From: Licmophora abbreviata
Lineage: Eukaryota
Assembly: GCA_900291995.1 (NCBI GenBank)
Contig: OLMU01003345.1
Span: 1 to 64,000, forward strand
DNA length: 64,000 bases
Direction of reading: 5' to 3'
Of the stretch, positions 45,661 to 59,507 are shown one piece after another (position 1 is the stretch's first letter; each line of letters opens with the position of its first letter). Position numbers and translations under genes: made by a program. The notes below the pieces were generated by a model. The model saw only the letters and a program-made list of their open reading frames with translations. It searched no databases and had not been told where the DNA came from.

Positions 45661-46527
45661 TCAGTTCCCACTGAGCAATCGATTCGCAGCTTGCTCGATA
45701 TGATTGTGCGACTGCTCGAGTGCCCGCAGCACAGCCTCTCGCTCGAAACCCATTGAAGTCAGTTGATCGATCGCATGCTGTGGCGGAGGTGGCGGTCGTT
45801 CATATACGGGAGCAGCCGCTCTGGGGGCTGCACGCGGTCGCGCTGCTGTGGCTCTCTGTGCCAAAATGCTCGGTGGATCCTCACCGGACAGCCTTCGTCC
45901 CCACAGCCCAACCAGTTCCGCTACAGCATCAGGAACATCCCAGTCTAGCTTCAACGCCAGCCAACCAGCTAGCATACCTATCAAGCCTGGCAAGACACTG
46001 TCCCAACGACGGTACAGCAATACTTGTACTGCCAGCAAATAAGGAATGCTCTTTTCACTCACGTGAATGCCCAGAATTCCGAAAAAGCGTGGGTGCAATC
46101 GGGGTGTATAAGCGTGATACAAATACAGTAGGGCTCCTAGAGCTGGATAAGGACCGCAGACAAGCAAATCACGAATCGATGCCCCCACCACTAGCAAGAA
46201 AAAGGTCGAAATGAGAAACATAGCCAGCAGCCAAAGGACATACTTGCGACTGCCCATTTCGCGTTCAAAACGTCGTCCGAGCTGTACTTGCACTATCGAT
46301 CCCAGAACCAGTTCTCCCGTTGACTCGAAGGTCATCGGATATGTCAACATGTGATATAATGGCTGCTGCTGTGTCAGAAGCTTGGCTGTATCCAGTGTAA
46401 AGGCAGCGTGGCTCCATTGTGAGTGTGACGATATAGCGACGTAGCAAATAACCGACAATATTGTTGTCAATTTCGAAGCCGGAGCTCCCAGAAACCAAGG
46501 CTGATTCCAAGAAGGCGAAGAAGACAT
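45661..46527 (-). CDS. Rhomboid-like pseudoprotease with a C-terminal UBA domain (UBAC2/Dsc2-like)
   Basis: Motifs RRFEREMGSRKY, GPY and FGILGIHVSEK; UBA motif IDQLTSMGFEREAVLRALEQSHNHIEQAANRLL. Confidence 0.88.
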   Translation of the reverse strand: MSSSPSWNQPWFLGAPASKLTTILSVICYVAISSHSQWSHAAFTLDTAKLLTQQQPLYHMLTYPMTFESTGELVLGSIVQVQLGRRFEREMGSRKYVLWLLAMFLISTFFLLVVGASIRDLLVCGPYPALGALLYLYHAYTPRLHPRFFGILGIHVSEKSIPYLLAVQVLLYRRWDSVLPGLIGMLAGWLALKLDWDVPDAVAELVGLWGRRLSGEDPPSILAQRATAARPRAAPRAAAPVYERPPPPPQHAIDQLTSMGFEREAVLRALEQSHNHIEQAANRLLSGN

Positions 46528-47176
46528 GATGGGAAAGTAAAGGATGAAGAAGCGCAAGGAAGTCAAGATACAAGAAGTCAATCTTTCATCGTCGCCGTTG
46601 CCGTATCGCTGTATCAGTCGTTGTCCCGCGTTGAGTGTGCGAGGTCTGCTCCTCGCGGATGTTTCCATCCTCTCGGGCTCCACTGACTCACTCGACTCGA
46701 CACGCCTCACTCACTTGACTGTTCGATTGAGTGAGTCGAGTAAATCGCAATATCTCAAGTCTGCACGTCGTAGGGGTCAAAACGGGACTATGCCGTGATG
46801 TTCACTTTTTTGACGCATCTCGAGGATCCACGTCTAAGAAACTCGCAGTTCTCGAGCTTTCTATTCGCTAAATGCTTCGCATCGAACCAAGAATGACTAG
46901 GTGTCCACCAGAATTAAAAATATCTGATAAAAATGGTCTGGAAACGTCAGAAATATTCGTAGAATGCATATATCAAATACTAAAAATCTAATAAATATAT
47001 AAAATTGAATGATTCGCAAATATCAGAATCCTGTCCACCCTAGCTGTTCGGACGACGGATGGATCCAGGACTCAACAAAGACTAATCGCGCCCCACCAAT
47101 TCGAAATGCAACATGCTCACAAAACACTCCAATGCATCCTTGACGACCACACTGTCTCCAGCATCACTCTAACAAC

Positions 47177-49064
47177 ATGGTCTCCTTCACTCTCGCAGCG
47201 CTCATTGCCGTGCTTGTCACTCCCACTGCAGCTCGCCTTGAGGGTAAGCTCCATTCTGACGACGAGCAGTCCTTTCACCGCGACTCTCACATCGAACATC
47301 ATCGGCAGGCACGTGGACTTCTCACGCGTGACGTTCCTACCGAGAGCTACAACTTTGATGGATCCTTCAGCAACTCGACAGTCCTCACGAATCACCACGA
47401 GCACGAAAGTCGCATTGTCGGTGGCACTAACGCCGGATCCACGGAGTTTCCCTACTTCGTCGGGTAAGTTTGATGTGCGACATTCCAAAATGTCCCGTGA
47501 CATTCCAAATGTCCTTCGACCACAAACTCATGCGCGCTCGTCATCTTCTGTCGACACTAACCACAACAGTTGGGAAAATAGAGGCTGCGGCGTATCATTC
47601 ATTCACGGGGACTTTCTCCTCACGGCAGCTCACTGCAACGGCAACCAGAAGAATGTTGTTATTGGAGCCCACAAGGAAAACCCCAACACTTACAAATTCA
47701 GTGGTCCTAATGGCGTACGCGCGAAGATCACCAAGAAGTTCCCTCATCCTTCCTACAACTCCGGCACTGAAGCGTATGACTTCATGCTCCTGAAGATCGA
47801 CAAATTTGTCACCAGCATCGACCCTGTTCAGATTAATCGCGATGGCGGCAACCCAAAGGCCGGCGAAGACCTCGTCGCCATGGGCTTCGGTGACCTCAAG
47901 GAGAACGGCGGAAATTATCCTTCGACCCTCAAGAAAGTAACTGTCGATTATGTCTCGAATCAAGAGTGTGACAAGGCCTACCAGCCGTTGTATGGCGGAA
48001 TCGACGAAAAGTCCATGATGTGTGCGAAGCGCAGCGGAAAAGACGTAAGTTGTGTCGTCTCTTGAAGTGTTGCGTGCTGGTCCTCGATCATCTACCGTTC
48101 GTTTCTCACATCGCTCGTCTCTATTCAAAACTAAAGAGCTGCCAAGGAGATTCAGGGGGACCGCTCGTAGAAATCGTGAACGGAAAGCATACCCAAGTCG
48201 GTGTCGTCAGTTGGGGAGAGGGATGCGCAAGAGGTAAGACGACGAGATGCGAGCATACTCGTGTGGAGCATGAACAGCAGAAACTCACGCAATTCTATCC
48301 CTCTGTCTTTAAACTTCTCTGCAGCCAAGTATCCTGGTGTCTACTCACGTGTCAGCCATGTCACTGAATGGATCGACAAGGTGATCTGCGAAAACTCTTC
48401 GAAACCTGGAGCCTTTTGCAGCGGCGGAGGTGGCGGCGGAGGCGATGGAGGCGGCGGCAATTGCCAGGACGACAATAGCTACAACATTTTTATCAACAAC
48501 AACAACGGGTACAAGGACTGTAACTGGGTTGCGAAAAAGAGCACCAGCTTCAAGAATAATCAGTGTGGAAAGGACAAGGACGTCAGCTACCTGTGCCAAG
48601 AGGCGTGCAACAGCTGCGACTACTGGGAGGGCCGGAACTATAACCTCATCAACGCTGTCAGCAAGGACAATGGTGGTGGCGGTGGCGGCGGCACTTGCAA
48701 GAACGACAACGACTACTACATCTGGATCAACAACAGCAAAGGGTACCAGGACTGTGCTTGGGTGGACAAGAGGGGCACCAACTTCAAGAATAATCAGTGT
48801 GGCAAGGACAAGGATGTCAGCTATCTGTGCCAAGAAACATGCGACAGCTGCGATTACTGGGATGGAAGAAACTATACACCCAAAGACATTTTCAGCAAGA
48901 GTGGTGGTGGCGACTGTGAAGACTTGTCGGGCGACGTTTGGATTAACGCGAACAACGGATGGCAGGACTGTGATTGGCTGGCAGCGCGCAACTACTGGGT
49001 AAACGAGCTCTGCATTTACCAGGACGTCGCCGAGGTTTGCCAATTTACTTGTGATTATTGCTGA
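47177..49064 (+). CDS. Secreted trypsin-like serine protease with three 6-Cys ShK-like C-terminal repeats (paralogue 1)
   Basis: Exons 47177-47463, 47570-48044, 48137-48233 and 48325-49064. Signal peptide, [45 protein letters not shown]. Confidence 0.93.
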
Positions 49065-49303
49065 GTGACTCGTGAAGGAATTGACAGCCGCAATGGAGAG
49101 TACGCGTATGATAGTAGTAACAATAATTAGCTAGATTGCATGTTCGATAGTACAAATCAACACTCGTACGATTACAGTGAAAGAAACCTCTCCAGAGAGC
49201 GCACAGAGAAGCATCGTATGCATACAGTCTGAAGGATGGATATCTTGAAGAATCTCTTAGCAGGGAACGAGACATGCAGCCATTTAGAGCTCAGCGAGTC
49301 CCC

Positions 49304-49669
49304 TTACAGGTCGTGTTGTACCATTTCATCTCCAATTAGAAACGGCCGCAGCTTGGGAGCTTGTGCATCTCCAGCCGCCTCATCGGCAGTCACATACAAG
49401 ACCCCTATGACAAAACCAATCAGTGCGGACACTCCGATCAATATGCCTCCCATTAGTGCCAGCAAAAGCTCATTCCGTCCCACCGTGATGGTATCGCCCT
49501 CCCATACAAACTTGGTCGAGTTCTTGGTCTTTTGCATGTCCAAGACAAAACTATCCCCCGGCTTTAATCCTTTTGGCACTTGCACGTCTCCCTCCGTGCC
49601 ATCAGGACACCGTATGCGAATCATCTGGCCAGATTTGACATGTTGGGGGATAACGACGCGAAACTGCAT
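49304..49669 (-). CDS. Small single-TM protein with an N-terminal VxVP-G beta domain
   Basis: 121-aa ORF: MQFRVVIPQHVKSGQMIRIRCPDG..VQVPKGLKPGDSF followed by a hydrophobic helix. Confidence 0.65.
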   Translation of the reverse strand: MQFRVVIPQHVKSGQMIRIRCPDGTEGDVQVPKGLKPGDSFVLDMQKTKNSTKFVWEGDTITVGRNELLLALMGGILIGVSALIGFVIGVLYVTADEAAGDAQAPKLRPFLIGDEMVQHDL

Positions 49670-50193
49670 GCTTTGCGATGAGGCTACCGCAACGCGGTCA
49701 ATGACTGTTTTGTCACGATTTCTTGGTCAATTGATTGAACGATTCCAATCGAAGGCTCCAGTCTCTCCCACTTTTTCAATTCTCTGCGGCTGCGATGAAG
49801 CAATATATGATAAAGTAGATGCACAAAAGCGAGCGTTTTGGGTGATGGAGGCAACGTCGTCCGCGGTTGATTGATCCTTGTGTCTCTCGGTGCGCATGTG
49901 ACCCGGATCGGGGGAGTTCGCAAGACACGAACGGCCTGTCGACCTGTCGATGACATGGAACAGCCGGCGAATCAATCGAACCACCTTTGTTACTACTAGT
50001 AGTGCTTAGACTATGTACTCCGTAGTTGATTGTGGGGCTGCCTTGTCAAACTGAGCCTTTCATTCCAGCTATCATACGGCCGCATTGCGCCAACTATCAT
50101 CCCGTTCGACTTTTATAACTCCCTCCCTCCCTACACTGTCACGCGCCACTCGCCACTCTTTCACAAAACCTCGAGAACTCACTCTCTTCCTCG

Positions 50194-51195
50194 TTACGAA
50201 GTTTCCATAGCTTCCGTCGTCACGACGACATCCTTCAAGGTCGGGACAAACTGGGAGTGCAAAACTGCCGTCGTTCCTTGTTGAATCGTCAGACGCTCGC
50301 TGTGCTGAATCGCATCCCTCAGCGGCTGCGTATCGTTGGGCTTGACAGCACCCCGCGTATACTCCACAGTCCCATCCAATCGCACCACACACGTATCACA
50401 GTTCGAACCACTGCCAAGATCATTGAAAATACCGGCTCCAATGGCACGCTTGACCAACTCCACAGCCTCCGTCTCATTCATATCATCCCTCCACGAACTC
50501 TCAAACACACTCATGGCTGCCAGACTACCACTGCCCATGGTGGTGTAGGGCAACTTGCCGGTACTGCCGTGAGGATAAATTTGATACACGTGCGGTCCAT
50601 CCTTGTCGCAGCCTCCGAGTACGAGCGCGGCACTGATATGGCCCTGGTACTTGAAGAGCATGCGTTTCAATAGAGTACAGGCCGTCACGACGCGGGAATC
50701 GGATTTGGTGTCCATGCGGAGGAGTTCGAGCTGCGAACTGATCAACTCGGTCGTCTTTTCGGTATCGGCAGCAGTACCAGCGCCGCAGCAGTAGCTGGAG
50801 AGAAAGGAAACCGAGAGAGAGGGTGTGAGAAGAAAAAAGTAGATGCAGTCAGCAGCCCCTAGATACACTCGACGGACAGAGCGAACTACTAGCCTACTAC
50901 GGTAGCTCTCATAGCAAAGAGCACTGCACCGTCATGATACTCACATGTTGGGAGCAATGTAGTGAATCTTTTCACAGTTCTTCTCTGCGACTTCAGTTCC
51001 TCCCGTCGCACGCGTATCGGCACCCAGAACCACCCCATTATCAAAGGCCATGCCGACAATGGTTGTACCCGTCTTGGTAGCCAAGGGGAGGATCGAGGAG
51101 CCGGAACTGGCAGTCTGCTTAGCAGCCATCTGCTCAATCATGGCGTTGCGGTGGACATTGTCAAAGGAAAATCCAGAGGGGGCATCAGAGGACAT
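50194..51195 (-). CDS. PSMB7: 20S proteasome subunit beta type-7 (beta2, Pup1)
   Basis: Exon 1 (51195-50945) has [32 protein letters not shown]. Intron 50944-50795. Exon 2 has [21 protein letters not shown] and [11 protein letters not shown]. Confidence 0.96.
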
Positions 51196-51794
51196 GGTTG
51201 TAACTGAATAGAAGAGACAAAAGAGATAGACGCAACAGCAACAAGATCTCGCTCTCTCCTGCAGCAATGATGATGCTTGTGTTGTCGACCGCCGTCGCTC
51301 TCCGAGCGCTTCGGCGTGTTTCTGTCGGTGAACGAAGGACGGACGTCCATGAAAGAAGAAAACCCGGAAGTTGTCTGTCAGTCTGTACGTCCTCCTGTCG
51401 TCGCCCGTGCCACGAAACCAAAAAAAATGATGAGGAGGAGAACGCAGCTTCCAGTACAAAACACACGCACATGGTACCCACCGCTGTAAATGGCCTGACC
51501 GGCGGTAGACTCCGAAGCATTCACACAGACCCCGCAAGCCGCGAGTCGTCGCTGTTGCAGCTGTTGTGACGCTCGACCGCACCGCAACGAGACTGACTGA
51601 CTCTGCTGTGTTCCAAAGTAGCATAGGAGCACCAACGTGAAGAACACTGAAGAGCAAAACTGCCCAGAACGGATAGGAGCGACCGGCATTTTGTAACACG
51701 AAATTCTTGAGCGAGGTGGCGCGAACGTTGTGAGAAAAACAGTACAAGGCTTGGACGAGAATCCTCTCTTTGCTCTCCAATCATACACACTACT

Positions 51795-53090
51795 ATGTCT
51801 TCCATGGGCGTGACCACTACCAAGCCACCGGCCGGTAGCGGTGCAGTCTTGCTCATGAGACCAGACAATAACAGCGATGCTCGGTCGGACGCTGTCACAC
51901 AATTTGAAGTTCCTTCTTCCAGTAGTAATCATACAGAGTTTTGTACGCAGAGCGGAATCTTATCAACAGCAGTGACAACCGAAGCCGCCTCCTCGGACAC
52001 AGCCGTCGACTCGGCCTTGTTATCCGCCCTCCGCGATCCCCGCGAACGCGTTCCACTCTTGAAACTCGAGCAAATGCTTGTGGAACTTGTTCAAGATCCC
52101 TCCTTACAATACTGGGACATGGGCGGTCCCAATCACTTGACAGTAGTAAGACGATATGATTATCAGGAAGGAGGCGAGCTTTTCAGCAACACGAGTCGAC
52201 CCCCCACGTCCTTTCAGAGGTGTTGTTTGCATCGATTGGCAGATCGATTCGGAATCAAACGAGAGTCCACCTCCTATGCACCTGGATACATACGATTGTA
52301 CAAGACGACCGATACCAAAGTTCCCAGCCAACTCTTGATTGACTTGAATCCAACCAGCAGTGTGCATCGTCAACCAGGTGCAGCAGAGGGAGAGGCTACC
52401 GAGGCTGTCGCAGCCGGAGCAGCGAGTAAGCAGACGACTCTCTCCTCCTCCAAGAGCAGCAACAGCAACAACAAAAAGAAGAAGAAGAAGAAGATTCTCA
52501 TCAAACGCAATTCGTCGAGTAGTTTGGGAAACAATCGCGATGGCGGCGAGAGTTCCACTGATGGGATTGGTGGGAGAGGACGTGCGGGTGGGGCCATTGA
52601 AGACAAGGAAAAGGCCTATGCGGAAGCGCGAGCGCGAATTTTTGGAACGGAACAGCAACAAGACACCGGGAGTAGTGAAGTGGGAACACATGAGCCTATG
52701 GATTCCTCGATGCAAGCAGTACCATTTGTGACTCCTGCCGAGAGTAGCATCAACTACACCTACGCAACCCATACAAACTTACCCATGGATTCGACATCGA
52801 CAAGCAAGGCAACATGGAGAAATCGGAAAGAAGAAGTGAACGATCCAGACTTTCGACGAGTCCCCGTCGTGCCAGTGTCGTACCAACCCGCTGCCGTATA
52901 TGGATACGGCTACGGTATGGCAGCGGCAGCGTATACACCGAACGTATCGCCCTTGCCTGCGACGAGTTCGAGTGCGGCTCCGTTCGTGCCGACGGGGTTC
53001 ACGGGTGTGTCGTCTGCCATATACGAACCGGCTAGGCAGCAGGCGTCGAATATTGACAATCAAGATGAGTTTCCATCCTTGGGCCGGTAG
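51795..53090 (+). CDS. R3H + SUZ domain RNA-binding protein
   Basis: DPRERVPLLKLE; R3H motif SFQRCCLHRLADRFGI; SUZ motifs KKILIKR and EDKEKAYAEARARIF; C-terminal DEFPSLG. Confidence 0.85.
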   Translation: MSSMGVTTTKPPAGSGAVLLMRPDNNSDARSDAVTQFEVPSSSSNHTEFCTQSGILSTAVTTEAASSDTAVDSALLSALRDPRERVPLLKLEQMLVELVQDPSLQYWDMGGPNHLTVVRRYDYQEGGELFSNTSRPPTSFQRCCLHRLADRFGIKRESTSYAPGYIRLYKTTDTKVPSQLLIDLNPTSSVHRQPGAAEGEATEAVAAGAASKQTTLSSSKSSNSNNKKKKKKKILIKRNSSSSLGNNRDGGESSTDGIGGRGRAGGAIEDKEKAYAEARARIFGTEQQQDTGSSEVGTHEPMDSSMQAVPFVTPAESSINYTYATHTNLPMDSTSTSKATWRNRKEEVNDPDFRRVPVVPVSYQPAAVYGYGYGMAAAAYTPNVSPLPATSSSAAPFVPTGFTGVSSAIYEPARQQASNIDNQDEFPSLGR

Positions 53091-53404
53091 TTGTAGTATT
53101 GGCAAGCATGCTAAAGTCGCTGTAGATTCAAGTCCAAACCTCGGATGAGCTATTATATACAAACCGCACACAGACTGTAGAAGCTTATGATTATCGTGAT
53201 GATGACGCAAGAGCTACAGACCAACTCCACAATCGTACCGATACCGGTAAAAGGGTTGATACAACGGGCGGTTCGTACGGAGTACGTGTTATCAAGCCAC
53301 AGCAAGCGAGTACTAGTAGAAGTCAATAAACTGACATTTTCTCTCGAGCAGTCTTTTGCAGTTCTAAAAATGGTAGCAATGGAAATTCAGTGGATGTCTT
53401 CGTC

Positions 53405-55266
<1,862 letters not shown>

Positions 55267-55584
55267 GTTGATGAGTATCGTCAAGGTGCGAAAGTATGAT
55301 ACAGTGGATCCACTGTAAAGCTGCCATCGCAGTTGTGGATTCTGGTCAAGTCCCGTGAATCTCATTCTCCTTTTTTGGAATTTTGGTTCCGGTGTGCCCA
55401 TCGTAAAATTGTACGCAGCCGCACTGGTACTCAGCTAGATGTTGGCCAAAACCTCAAATCTTCGACCCTTTGGATGAAATTTAAATTTTCAGATATATTC
55501 AATATACAAAGCGTACTACAGGATAAATACAACATGCATAGAAATGAGATGGCACGCGTGGCCATGTCACGTACAGACAGATGT

Positions 55585-55607
55585 CAAATGACAAATGACA
55601 AATGACA
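55585..55607. repeat. (CAAATGA)x3 short tandem repeat in a divergent intergenic region
   Basis: Sequence caaatgacaaatgacaaatgaca. Confidence 0.8.
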
Positions 55608-55707
55608 TCCGTCCGGGAGGAAGAGGACGGGTGATGCACATACCGTTCTCTTTTTCGAAACACTCCATGAAACACAAAGACACACACAACACACGACCAC
55701 GACGACA

Positions 55708-56262
55708 ATGAGGAATTTTGTTGCTCCTCTCATCCTCTTTCTCTCAAGTTCTTTGTCTCCCTGGCATACTTCAGCTTTTCCAGCTTTAGCCTCACGATCG
55801 CCAGGTCCGCTACTTTACTCGAAGAGAAGATTGACCGACGGCGACGACGACAAGTCACTGCCCAGCAGGAGGACGGAAAACGACGAGGTGTTTGCCTTGT
55901 CCCAACACCAAATACCAAAAGACACGCTGACTCCTCCTCCTATCAATGTTCGGAGAGAGTCCATTTTGTTTGGAGAAAATCCCACAACGCAAAGAAAGAA
56001 CAATGCTAGATGGGTTTGGAGCAAGGCCAAAGAACAGCTTCCCTTTCTATTGACCGGTGCTCGCAGCACAAGCACCGCCGACGATAATCCATGGGGCGGA
56101 CTCTACAATATGATTCTGGTGCGGCTCCCTGTAATTCTTTGCGGTATAGTGTACAGTAAGAACTTACTCGAGGGACATCCATTGGTGTTGGATTTGGGCA
56201 AGGGGCCGTGGGAAGCGAGTCCTATTCTCGTGTACGGAATTCTTTATGTCATTCTGAGATAG
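55708..56262 (+). CDS. Hypothetical plastid-targeted membrane protein
   Basis: Signal peptide ending in SAFP (ASAFAP-like motif), transit-like region and two C-terminal hydrophobic segments. Confidence 0.72.
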   Translation: MRNFVAPLILFLSSSLSPWHTSAFPALASRSPGPLLYSKRRLTDGDDDKSLPSRRTENDEVFALSQHQIPKDTLTPPPINVRRESILFGENPTTQRKNNARWVWSKAKEQLPFLLTGARSTSTADDNPWGGLYNMILVRLPVILCGIVYSKNLLEGHPLVLDLGKGPWEASPILVYGILYVILR

Positions 56263-56731
56263 CTGTGGGGCGCAGACGCGGCGATGGCAAGTTTGAAATT
56301 TTAGAATAGAGAGAAGCCAAAAGAAAGAATTGTCCAATGCTCGTACATGCAGTGAATTTGTAGGGCCTATGCAGAACATACGTACAAGGGTTTCATATGC
56401 TAAGATCATGAGAGCATCATCTTTCGACTTTGTCTTTCTGGTCAGTCCAGTAATAGTAGACATGGGTACAGCGATGGGCATGTGGGTCTAACTGGTGTTT
56501 AACTCATCGCCGACACCACCTCTCGTTTAGTCTCCCGCCGTTTTGATACCTGGTTTGGAATCTCATTTTTGGCGGGACTATGAAACCGCGGCAAAAAAGT
56601 GTGTTCTTCCACGCGCGGATGCCGAATGCTGGCCGCGCGGGCCGCGAGTGGTGCATGGATGTGATGTTGACATGACACCGGTCTGATGATCGGCGGCAAG
56701 CTATCGCCTGTGTCGCTGATCAGCTTTCAGG

Positions 56732-57604
56732 ATGTTTATCACTGGCGGAAGGCTACGAGTACTACAGCATCTGCTGCTGGTATCGATTTTTCCCGCCTGC
56801 CAAGCTTTTGCTCCTGGCCTTGCTCCTTCCCTGATACGGCAAGCATCACCTCACGCGGCACCGCTTCACCACACACGCAGGAGCAGCAGCGCGCTGCACA
56901 TGAAGGGCATCGAACTCAGCGATCTCTTGTTTGACAGCACCTCAACAGCATTCGATGCTTGGGAATGGACCAATGGCTTGGGCGCTCCCGCAGCTCTGGT
57001 AGCGGGGGCCGTGTTGGTGACTCTGAGCGAGACCCGCGGCGACATGGCTCCCCGTCGACATGACAAGAACTGGATCCGGATCGTCAAACTTTTGACTCGG
57101 TTCTTACTGCTGTCGTCCTTTGCATTCGAAGTCAGTTCTATTTTTGTGTCCACCATGACGGGAACCGTTCTACTCAGTCACGGGGAAACTGCAAAGGCTG
57201 TAGTGGGCTACTCGTGTCCACTCGGGTTGTTGCATCATCATTTCGAGTTCGAGTACTTGACGATACAGATCGGATTCTTACAGGGTCTCATGAACTGGTT
57301 GGCGGCAGTGGCATGCGAAGTGGCTCTTCCGAAAGAGGGAGAGACACTGAGCGCCAAACGAATGAATGGATTCATGGCAAGCTGCCTGTTAACATTGATA
57401 TTTTGGATTCTGGCGTTCTACAATCATCACTTGAGCTTCTATTCCGACTACTTATCCATGCTAAAACGATACTCATGCTTGTTCATCAAACGGTACTTTG
57501 GAAAGTGGCGTCCAATGAGTCTTTTGTACGGCCCTTCCACTATTGTCACTGCTGTCATGGGATGGAAAGCGATCATGTCGCCGCCGAGAGAGGACGATGA
57601 TTGA
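56732..57604 (+). CDS. Plastid-targeted multi-TM protein of unknown function, copy A
   Basis: CQAFAP bipartite presequence and ~4-5 hydrophobic helices. Close paralogue at 57869-58822. Confidence 0.82.
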   Translation: MFITGGRLRVLQHLLLVSIFPACQAFAPGLAPSLIRQASPHAAPLHHTRRSSSALHMKGIELSDLLFDSTSTAFDAWEWTNGLGAPAALVAGAVLVTLSETRGDMAPRRHDKNWIRIVKLLTRFLLLSSFAFEVSSIFVSTMTGTVLLSHGETAKAVVGYSCPLGLLHHHFEFEYLTIQIGFLQGLMNWLAAVACEVALPKEGETLSAKRMNGFMASCLLTLIFWILAFYNHHLSFYSDYLSMLKRYSCLFIKRYFGKWRPMSLLYGPSTIVTAVMGWKAIMSPPREDDD

Positions 57605-57868
57605 GAGACGCAGATTTCCTTGCAAGCTAGCTATGATACCATTTAAAATACACGCAAGGATCTTTCTGTGATTTCTTGAAAGCCTTCATACTATCTCGAG
57701 TAGCAATTCATAGTCAGGTACGATGTTCCGAGTGAAACTTTTGTCGACCGATGGTCATAGGCCCAAACTCGGAAAGTGCTACAGTGCAGGCTTCCGTCTC
57801 CTGGAAAGTGCTGTCTTCCGGCTTGTTCCTCTACCAGTACGACGCAACAGCGACCTGATCAGTGCGTT

Positions 57869-58822
57869 TTAATCGTCATCTAGATCTGGTCGCGATTTGA
57901 AAGCCCTCCACCCCAAGACAGCAGTGACCAAAGTTGACGGCCCATAAAGGAAGCTCATGGGGCGCAGCCTGCCGAAAAATCTCTTCCCGAACAAACTCCC
58001 ATAGCGTTTCAACATGGACAAATAGTCGGAATAGAAGCTCAAGTGATGATTGTAGAATGCCAGAATCCAAAAGATCAACGTTATGAGGCAGCTTCCCATG
58101 AATCCATTCATTCGTTTGGCGCTCAGTGTCTCGCCTTCCTTTGGGACGACAACTTCGCACGCCACCGCTCCCAGCCAGTGCATGAGACCCTGTAAGAATC
58201 CGATCTGTATCGTCAAGTACTCGAACTCGAAATGATGATGCAACAACCCGAGTGGACACGAGTAGCCCACTACAGCCTTTGCAGTTTCCCCGTGACTGAG
58301 TAGAACGGTTCCCGTCATGGTGGACACAAAGATGGAAGTAACTTCGCATGCAAAGGAAGACAGCAGTAAGAACCGAGTCAAAAGTTTGACGATCCGGATC
58401 CAGTTCTTGTCATGACGCCGAGGTGCCATTTCGCTGCGTGTTTCGCTGAGTGTCACCAAGACCGCCCCCGCTACCAGCGCGGCCGGGGCTCCGAGACAGT
58501 TTGTCCATTCCCAAGCCGAAAATGCCGTCGAGGTACTGTCAAAGAGCAGACTTTGGAGCTCCACGCCCTTCATGACGCTAGTTTGAAGACTTGTGGTCGA
58601 GGGGCGAATTTGACAAGTCGCAGGCGTATTTTGGCGGATGATCGCCAATCGAGGGGCTCGTATGGATGTCGTAGCGCATGGCGGTCGATACTCAGTCAAG
58701 GAAGGGGTTAGCGAGCGGGGAGCAAAGGCTTGACTGAACCGAAAGACAGATGCAGTCAGAAGAAACAACGGAAAAAGTTTCCGAAGTGTCTTGAACGGTA
58801 TCACGGGGAGGATTGAAAGCAT
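57869..58822 (-). CDS. Plastid-targeted multi-TM protein of unknown function, copy B
   Basis: SQAFAP presequence; the mature region is nearly identical to copy A. Start at 58822 or 58876. Confidence 0.82.
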   Translation of the reverse strand: MLSILPVIPFKTLRKLFPLFLLTASVFRFSQAFAPRSLTPSLTEYRPPCATTSIRAPRLAIIRQNTPATCQIRPSTTSLQTSVMKGVELQSLLFDSTSTAFSAWEWTNCLGAPAALVAGAVLVTLSETRSEMAPRRHDKNWIRIVKLLTRFLLLSSFACEVTSIFVSTMTGTVLLSHGETAKAVVGYSCPLGLLHHHFEFEYLTIQIGFLQGLMHWLGAVACEVVVPKEGETLSAKRMNGFMGSCLITLIFWILAFYNHHLSFYSDYLSMLKRYGSLFGKRFFGRLRPMSFLYGPSTLVTAVLGWRAFKSRPDLDDD

Positions 58823-59156
58823 AATGTCGATGAGTGTGGTCGACGGAATGTGATGGATGTATGATATGTCAAGCATCAGAGATCGAGGTGTCGAAATTTG
58901 TTGCGCGCCGGAACAGGAAAGACCAAGCGCGGCGTGCCAGTGTCGAATGCGGTCCTCCCTTCGTCCGTACTTAACGAGCTCTCAGACGAGAAAACGCCAT
59001 AGCATAGCGTGAAACCGTGAAGCGCTCCTCAAACTCAAGATGCCCATGGCATAATGGCACACACACAAAAATCAGTGCGGCGGCACAGCGCATTGTCATT
59101 GACGACTCCTCTGTCTATTCAATACGCTTGCCTCTGAATTCTAATCGCGGCTCATC

Positions 59157-59507
59157 ATGAGTGCTATCTTTGACTTTTCAAGCCTAATTACGGTGCTGTT
59201 GCTCATGATTTGCACCTGCGCTTACTTGCGCGAGCTGAGACCGACCATGTTTGATGGTGGCAAGGTGCGAATGTCTGCCAGCGACACGTGCCTGGCGGTC
59301 TTTCCTGGAAAAGCAAGAGCCCCTCACACTCTTTCGCGTCACTTTGATTTTTTTATCTTCTAGGCATTGCAGCCGGGAGAACGGATGATACAGCGCGACG
59401 GTCTTTCGGGTTTTTGCTGGAAGCTGAGTCGAATAGGCGAACGACTGAGTCCCTACATTGGAGCCTCGTGTGCGATTATGGCGATTCATGTCTTGTTTTT
59501 CAAATGA
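59157..59507 (+). CDS. TMEM167: Protein kish (TMEM167/Ksh1)
   Basis: Exon 1 (59157-59264) [25 protein letters not shown]; exon 2 (59364-59507) [18 protein letters not shown]. Confidence 0.93.

Noticed and set aside
48345..49043. Antisense 232-aa Val/Ala-rich ORF and alternative-frame Thr-rich ORFs
   Set aside because: Shadows of the trypsin C-terminal repeats. The same applies to most overlapping ORFs in the track.
3905..51195. Functional clustering of proteasome/ubiquitin or chromatin genes
   Set aside because: The genes are dispersed among unrelated loci, which is consistent with ordinary compact eukaryotic gene order.
56566..56576. E2F-like site TTTTGGCGGG (similar motifs near 1845, 4950 and 9817)
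   Set aside because: Short motifs expected by chance in 64 kb; no supporting evidence from sequence alone.
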